In this document: positions 26,571 through 32,000 of the stretch, one piece after another
How the letters are laid out: every line of letters starts with the position of its first letter
Numbering within the stretch: position 1 is the stretch's first letter
Assembly (NCBI GenBank): GCA_024277355.1
Contig: JAJRVL010000004.1
Span: forward strand, 30,001-62,000
DNA from: an archaeon
GTDB lineage: Archaea; Iainarchaeota; Iainarchaeia; Iainarchaeales; 1-14-0-10-31-34
DNA length: 32,000 bases
Reading direction: 5' to 3'
Position numbers and translations under genes: made by a program
The notes under the pieces: generated by a model
Told to the model about the DNA's origin: nothing
The model's database searches: none
What the model saw: only the letters and a program-made list of their open reading frames with translations

Positions 26571-27830
26571 TTATTTCCCAAAAACAGCTTTATTTTTTTC
26601 ACTTAATTCTTCTTCAATTCTTAATAACTGATTATATTTGGTGTTTCGATCACTTCTTGCAGGAGCACCGAATTTTGATTGTCCTGTTCCTAATCCAACC
26701 ACTAAATCTGCAATAAACCCATCTTCTGTTTCTCCGCTTCTATGGGAAACAATTACATTCCAGTTGTTTTCAAATGAAAGTTTAGCTGAAGCAATTGATT
26801 CTGAAACAGAACCAATTTGATTTACTTTTAATAATAAAGCATTGCATGAATTTTCTTTTATTGCTTTTTCAATAAACTTAATGTTAGTTACTAATAAGTC
26901 ATCTCCTACAATCTGAATTTTTTTTCCTAATTTTTCTGTTAAAATATTCCATCCCTGCCAATCTTGTTCTGCCATTCCATCTTCAATTGAAACAATATTA
27001 AACTTTGAAATTAAATCTGAATAAAAGTCAGTTAATTCTCCTGCATTAAATTTTTTTTCTCCGATGAAATAATTTCCTTCTTTAAAAAATTCACTTGAAG
27101 CACAGTCAATTACTATTTTTACTTCTTTTGTGTAACCGGTTTCTTCTATTGCATTTAAAATTAATTCTAATTTTTGTTCTTCGTCTGTTATTTTTGGGAC
27201 AAATCCGCCTTCATCTCCGATTAATCCTGCTAAAGAACCAAATTTTTTTTTCATTAATTTTTTTAATGCATGATAAATTTCAACTGACATCTGCATTGCT
27301 TCAGAAAAAGATTTTGCTCCAACAGGATAAATCATTCTTTCCTGAATGTCATTTTCTAATCCTGCATGTTTTCCGCCGTTTAATACATTCATTTGAGGAA
27401 CTGGAAGGCAATATTTTTTTATATCAGCTAATTCTCCTAAATATTCATACAATGAAATTTCTTTTGTTTTGGCTGCAGCTCTTGTTACGGCCATGCTTAC
27501 TGCAACAACTGCATTTGCACCTAAATTAGCTTTATTTTCTGTTCCGTCTAATTCAATCATTGTTTTATCGATGTTTTCCTGTTCAGTTACAGTCATTCCT
27601 TTTAATTTTTCATTTATTTTTAAATTAACATTTTCAACTGCTTTTAATACTCCTTTGCCGTTAAATGCTTTTTCTTTGTCTCTTAATTCAATTGCTTCAT
27701 TGCTTCCAGTTGAAGCACCTGAAGCAACTATTGCTCTTTCAATTATTTTTCCTGTTTTAACTTCTGCTTCAATAGTAGGGTTTCCTCTTGAATCAAAAAC
27801 CTGTCTTGCTTTAACATAATCAATCTGCAC
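26571..27830 (-). CDS. eno: Enolase
   Basis: ARQVFDSRGNPTIEAEV, ASGASTGSNEAIELRD, VPQMNVLNGGKHAG, GDEGGFVP, VGDDLLVTN, LLLKVNQIGSVSES, SHRSGETEDGFIADLVVG. Confidence 0.97.
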   Translation of the reverse strand: MQIDYVKARQVFDSRGNPTIEAEVKTGKIIERAIVASGASTGSNEAIELRDKEKAFNGKGVLKAVENVNLKINEKLKGMTVTEQENIDKTMIELDGTENKANLGANAVVAVSMAVTRAAAKTKEISLYEYLGELADIKKYCLPVPQMNVLNGGKHAGLENDIQERMIYPVGAKSFSEAMQMSVEIYHALKKLMKKKFGSLAGLIGDEGGFVPKITDEEQKLELILNAIEETGYTKEVKIVIDCASSEFFKEGNYFIGEKKFNAGELTDFYSDLISKFNIVSIEDGMAEQDWQGWNILTEKLGKKIQIVGDDLLVTNIKFIEKAIKENSCNALLLKVNQIGSVSESIASAKLSFENNWNVIVSHRSGETEDGFIADLVVGLGTGQSKFGAPARSDRNTKYNQLLRIEEELSEKNKAVFGK

Positions 27831-27848
27831 AATTATCTCCTTCTAAAC

Positions 27849-28334
27849 TTATTTTATTGTTAAGTCTTCTTCTAATGCTTGTAAGTCTTCTTCGTGTTCG
27901 ACTTCATCCCGCATGATTTCAAAAGCCATTTGATAAGTTATTTCATCTTTATCTTTAGTTAAATCCATTAATGATTTATATGCTTTTATTGCGCATTGTT
28001 CTCCTTTAATATTTTGAATTAAAATTTTTAGTACAGCTGGATTTGTTGGTGCGTCATAACCGCAGTTTGTTTTTTCAAGCCATTATTTTGGGTTAAGCAA
28101 TGGTTCTCCGCCTAATTGAAGTATTCTATCTGCAAGCATTCCTGCATGCCTTAATTCATCTGTTGCATGCTGAATTAATTCTGTTATTACTGCGTCTTTG
28201 TTTATTCCTTTAACTATTTTTGCTCCAATCCAATATTGATAATAAGCTAACCATTCATCAGCTAAAGCTTTATTTAATACTTCAATTAATTCATTTACAT
28301 TAATTCCAACTATTTCTTTTCCTATAGTTCCCAT
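27849..28334 (-). pseudogene. Ferritin-like (Dps-like/bacterioferritin-like) protein interrupted by one in-frame TAA
   Basis: The first 83 codons end ...GGEPLLNPK, then TAA at 28085-28083. The same frame continues WLEKTNCGYDAPTNPAVLKILIQNIKGEQCAIKAYKSLMDLTKDKDEITYQMAFEIMRDEVEHEEDLQALEEDLTIK to a TAA at 27849. Iron-ligand motifs (ELRHA, EQCAIKAY, EVEHEEDL) lie in both halves. GGTGA SD at the start. Confidence 0.8.
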
Positions 28335-28436
28335 TTAATCACCTTTTATTTTAAATTAAAACATTATTTTTAGTAAAACAGTTTGATATAATAAAAACCC
28401 AAAAACTATTTAAAGAAAGACAACTTAATATTATTC

Positions 28437-28571
28437 ATGAAACCCCAAGCAAAACATTTAATTGGAAAAACAAAAACCGGAAACTTTCAGCAAAAAAAAC
28501 AAAAAATAGTTGTACAAAAAATAAAAAAAACAGATAAAGGACTGGTTGTTTCTTTTACTAAAGTAAGATAA
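28437..28571 (+). CDS. Small basic ORF (44 aa: MKPQAKHLIGKTKTGNFQQKKQKIVVQKIKKTDKGLVVSFTKVR)
   Basis: Manual translation; tttaaa element about 25 nt upstream of the ATG suggests a leaderless start; no strong SD. Confidence 0.35.
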   Translation: MKPQAKHLIGKTKTGNFQQKKQKIVVQKIKKTDKGLVVSFTKVR

Positions 28572-28600
28572 AATACATAAAACTTGTTTTTTTAAGATTA

Positions 28601-29614
28601 ATGGTATTAAATATATTTGTGGGTTCTTCCAGTGATTTAATGCAAAAAGAAGAATTTGAATTAAAGCTTTTTTCGGGAACATCTAATTCTGAACTTGCCG
28701 AAGAAATTGCTTCTTTTTTAGGAATAAATTTAGGCGAAATAGATATTACTACTTTTAGTGACGGGGAAATAAATCTTGAAATACAGGAATCAATCAGAGG
28801 AAAAGATGTTTATATAATTCAGTCAACTTGTTTTCCTACAAATGACAAAGTAATGGAATTACTTTTATTTTTAGATTCAGCTAAAAGGGCGTCAGCAAAA
28901 AGAATTACTGCTGTAATTCCATATTATGGTTATGCAAGACAGGATAGAAAAAGTTCTCCTCGTGCTCCAATTAGTGCAAAATTATTAGCAGATGTAATTA
29001 CTGTTGCAGGAGCAGACAGAGTTTTAGCGGTTGACTTGCATGCAGCTCAAATTCAGGGATTTTTTAATATTCAGGTAGACAATTTAAGTGCAAAATTATT
29101 GATTGTAGAAGACATAAGAGAAAACAAAATGAAAAATTTATGTATTGTTTCTCCTGACATTGGAGGAATTAGAAGAGCAAGAGATTTATCTAAATTACTT
29201 AATGCAGAATTAGCAGTGGTAGACAAATACAGAAGTGAAGCAAATAAATCAGAAGTAATGAATATAATCGGCAAAGTTAAAGGAAAAAACTGTATTTTAG
29301 TTGATGACATAATTGACACTGCAGGAACAATGTGTGCTGCAGCAGAAGAACTTAAAAATAAAGGTGCATTAAGTGTAATGGCTTATGCAACCCATCCAGT
29401 TTTATCAGGAAAAGCAATAGAAAAAATCAGTAAATCTCCATTAAAAGAAGTAGTTATATCTGATTCAATTCCATTAAACGGCAAAGCACAAAAATGCAAA
29501 AAAATAAGAGTATTTTCTATTTCAGAATTATTAGCCAAAGCAATACACAACATTCATACATCAAAATCAGTTTCAGAATTATTTGAATCAGACAAACAAG
29601 TCAAATTAGTTTAA
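28601..29614 (+). CDS. prs: Ribose-phosphate pyrophosphokinase
   Basis: GEIDITTFSDGEINLEIQESIRGKDVYIIQST, YYGYARQDRKSSPRAPISAKL, VDLHAAQIQGFF, CILVDDIIDTAGTMC. Confidence 0.95.
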   Translation: MVLNIFVGSSSDLMQKEEFELKLFSGTSNSELAEEIASFLGINLGEIDITTFSDGEINLEIQESIRGKDVYIIQSTCFPTNDKVMELLLFLDSAKRASAKRITAVIPYYGYARQDRKSSPRAPISAKLLADVITVAGADRVLAVDLHAAQIQGFFNIQVDNLSAKLLIVEDIRENKMKNLCIVSPDIGGIRRARDLSKLLNAELAVVDKYRSEANKSEVMNIIGKVKGKNCILVDDIIDTAGTMCAAAEELKNKGALSVMAYATHPVLSGKAIEKISKSPLKEVVISDSIPLNGKAQKCKKIRVFSISELLAKAIHNIHTSKSVSELFESDKQVKLV

Positions 29615-29617
29615 CTC

Positions 29618-29782
29618 AACCTTTTTTAAAAAAAAGCCTTGACCAAAAAAGGTTTTTGTTGCGCAAAAACTAATTCAATAACATTTTAATTCTTTCCAAC
29701 AAACTTTTTCAGAAAAAGTTTGATCAAAAACGGTTTTTGCTTTGCGAAAACTAATTCAATACTGTTTTAATTCTTTTCAAAC
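29618..29782 (+). repeat. Two-copy imperfect tandem intergenic repeat, period about 81 bp, with internal inverted repeats
   Basis: Copy 1: cttgaccaaaaaaggtttttgttgcgcaaaaactaattcaataacattttaattctttccaac (29638-29700). Copy 2: gtttgatcaaaaacggtttttgctttgcgaaaactaattcaatactgttttaattcttttcaaac (29718-29782). Hairpins: aacctttttt (29618-29627)/aaaaaaggtt (29645-29654) and aacttttt-cag-aaaaagtt (29702-29720). Confidence 0.75.
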
Positions 29783-29847
29783 AAAAATAATTAAGGCTTG
29801 CCTAATATTTTATTTTTTTATTTTCATTATTTCTTAACGTGATAAAA

Positions 29848-32000
29848 ATGATTTCCTTCCAGAAAGAAAAATACTCTGAAAAACAGATTCACTCAATGTT
29901 AAATCCTCTGCTTAGTGAATGGTTTAAAGAAAAATTTGATTCTTTCACTGAACCTCAAAAATATTCTATTCCAAACATCCATAACAAACAAAATACTTTA
30001 GTCAGCGCAGTAACCGGAAGCGGAAAAACTTTATCTGCTTTTACTGCAGTATTAAATGAATTAATTAATTTATCTGAAAACAATCAGCTTGAAAACAAAG
30101 TTTATGCAGTTTATATTTCTCCTTTACGTGCATTAAACAATGACATTAAAAGAAACTTATTAGAACCTTTAAATGAAATAGAAAAAAAATTTGAATTAAA
30201 ACAAAAACAAGAAATAGCTGAAACAAAAAAAGAAATAAACAAATTAAAAAAAGAATTAAAAGAATTAGAAAAAAACAAAAAGCAATTAAAAAATAAAGAA
30301 AAAGAATCAATTAAAAATAAAATAAAAGAAAAAGAATTAGTTTCAGGAAAAACCCTTTCCCAAAAACAAAAATTAAAACCAAAAAAATTAGATATTAGAA
30401 TAGGAGTAAGAACCGGCGATACAACTCAGTCAGAAAGAGCTTTAATGGCAAGAAAAGTTCCTCATATTTTAATTACTACTCCTGAATCATTAGCTATAAT
30501 GCTTAATGCACCAAAATTCAGGGAAAATTTCAGGGAAAGCCAATGGTTAATAATAGATGAAATTCATGCTTTAGCAAACAATAAAAGAGGAAGTCATTTA
30601 TCAATTTCAATGGAAAGACTGCAAAAACTTTCTCCTAAAATTACAAGAATTGGTTTAAGTGCAACTATTGCTCCTATAAAAGAAATAGCAAGATTTTTAG
30701 TTGGATTAGAAAAAGGAAAAACAAGAAACTGCAGAATAATTGAAGCAAAACTGGAAAAAAAATTAAATTTAAAAGTTTTGTCTCCTTTGCCTAATTTTAT
30801 TGATGTAACACAAGAACAAGTTCAGGAAAAACTTTATGAATTATTAGATAAATTAATTCAAGACCATAAAACAACTTTAATTTTTACTAATACTCGAAGT
30901 GCAACTGAAAGAATAGTTCATCATTTAAAAGAAAAATTTCCAAAAAATTATTCAGCTAATATTGATGCACATCATTCTTCTTTATCCAGAACTCACAGGC
31001 TTAATACAGAAGAAAGACTGAAAAAAGGAGAATTAAAAGTTGTTGTCAGTTCAACTTCATTAGAATTAGGAATTGACATTGGTTTTATTGATTTAGTTGT
31101 TTTGCTTGGAAGCCCTAAAAGTGTAGCAAGGGCATTGCAAAGGGTTGGAAGATCAGGACATAAATTACATGATGAAATCAAAGGAAGATTAATTGTAATG
31201 GATCGAGATGACTTAATTGAATGTTCTGTTTTATTAAAAAATGCAGTTGAACACAAAATTGACAGAATTCAAGTCCCAAAAAACCCTTTAGATGTACTCT
31301 CCCAACAGATTTACGGCATTGCAATAGAAGAAAGCCAGAAAGTAGAAGAAGTATACCAATTAATCATTCAGGCTTATCCTTTTAGTTCATTAAAAAGAAG
31401 CTCTTTTTATGAAATAATTGACTATTTATCAGGGAAATTTACTTCATTAGAAAACAGGCATGTTTATGCTAAAATCTGGTTTGATGAAGAAACAGGATTT
31501 ATAGGCAAAAGAGGAAAAATGGCAAGAATAATTTATATGACCAATATAGGGACTATTCCTGATGAAGCAAGAGTTACAGTTAAAATAAAAGAACACAAAA
31601 TTGGAAGTATTGATGAAGGTTTTTTAGAAAGACTAAAAAGAGGAGATGTGTTTATTTTAGGAGGGCAAAGTTATGAATTTCGTTATGCTCAAGGAATGAC
31701 AGCACAAGTAATAACAGCATATCAAAGACCGCCGACTGTTCCTTCATGGTTTAGTGAAATGCTTCCATTAAGTTTTGATTTAGCTTTAGATATAGGAAAA
31801 TTTCGTGAATTAATTGGACAAAAATTTAAATTAAAAAAACCAGAAAAAGAAATTAAAAATTTAATCAGAAAATATGTTTATGTAGAAGAAAATGCTGTTA
31901 ATGCAATCTATGAATATTTTAAAGAACAATTTTTGTTTTTAGAAATGCCTTCTCAAAAAAAATTATTAATTGAAGTTTTTTCTGAAGGAAATATGCGTCA
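29848..32000 (+). CDS. Lhr-like large ATP-dependent helicase (3' end outside window)
   Basis: TEPQKYSIPNIHNKQNTLVSAVTGSGKTLSAFTAVL, YISPLRALNNDI, LIIDEIHALANNKRGSHLS, GLSATIAP, VVVSSTSLELGIDIG, ALQRVGRSGH. Start ATG 29848 after gtgataaaa; open to the window end; not in the ORF track. Confidence 0.92.
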   Translation, partial: MISFQKEKYSEKQIHSMLNPLLSEWFKEKFDSFTEPQKYSIPNIHNKQNTLVSAVTGSGKTLSAFTAVLNELINLSENNQLENKVYAVYISPLRALNNDIKRNLLEPLNEIEKKFELKQKQEIAETKKEINKLKKELKELEKNKKQLKNKEKESIKNKIKEKELVSGKTLSQKQKLKPKKLDIRIGVRTGDTTQSERALMARKVPHILITTPESLAIMLNAPKFRENFRESQWLIIDEIHALANNKRGSHLSISMERLQKLSPKITRIGLSATIAPIKEIARFLVGLEKGKTRNCRIIEAKLEKKLNLKVLSPLPNFIDVTQEQVQEKLYELLDKLIQDHKTTLIFTNTRSATERIVHHLKEKFPKNYSANIDAHHSSLSRTHRLNTEERLKKGELKVVVSSTSLELGIDIGFIDLVVLLGSPKSVARALQRVGRSGHKLHDEIKGRLIVMDRDDLIECSVLLKNAVEHKIDRIQVPKNPLDVLSQQIYGIAIEESQKVEEVYQLIIQAYPFSSLKRSSFYEIIDYLSGKFTSLENRHVYAKIWFDEETGFIGKRGKMARIIYMTNIGTIPDEARVTVKIKEHKIGSIDEGFLERLKRGDVFILGGQSYEFRYAQGMTAQVITAYQRPPTVPSWFSEMLPLSFDLALDIGKFRELIGQKFKLKKPEKEIKNLIRKYVYVEENAVNAIYEYFKEQFLFLEMPSQKKLLIEVFSEGNMR

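Noticed and set aside
27095-27819. Plus-strand 144-aa and 116-aa ORFs opposite eno
   Set aside because: Antisense shadow ORFs; enolase active-site motifs cover this region.
27849-28334. Genome-wide stop-codon reassignment (TAA as sense) to explain the split ferritin-like gene
   Set aside because: TAA ends many intact genes here at expected positions (for example folD, glyA neighbours, prs and the 399-aa ORF), so reassignment is not supported.
1-32000. CRISPR arrays, tRNA or rRNA genes
   Set aside because: No regularly spaced repeats and no recognisable tRNA or rRNA motifs were seen. A tRNAscan/Rfam run would be needed to exclude them fully.

Overview
The window is AT-rich and gene-dense. 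It looks archaeal and probably DPANN-like: it carries diphthine synthase, NucS/EndoMS, DUF357 and DUF63 proteins, an Lhr-type helicase, and GGTGA/GTGA ribosome-binding sites. Its core is a dispersed purine and one-carbon (folate) island: purQ, purL, a PurS-like double-domain protein, tmk, folC, a YggS-family protein, a putative ECF-S-like membrane protein, glyA, folD, purN, bacterial-type purH, a 5-formyl-THF cyclo-ligase-like gene, purD and prs. Housekeeping genes (dph5, nth, DHH phosphoesterase, M24 peptidase, nucS, eno, lhr-like) are interspersed. Less-explained regions are: (i) a CheC-like, degenerate KaiC/FlaH-like (with SHOCT-like tail) and Lys-rich coiled-coil trio at 17.1-19.1 kb; (ii) an RHH + HNH two-gene module with a 20-bp perfect palindrome at its start; (iii) an unknown small-ORF/Lys-rich island at 24.5-26.6 kb; (iv) a ferritin-like gene with a single in-frame ochre codon; (v) several short ORFs missing from the supplied track. 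I found no CRISPR array, rRNA, tRNA or clear transposon, and no confidently novel defence or mobile system. All assignments come from reading the sequence; no database search was run.
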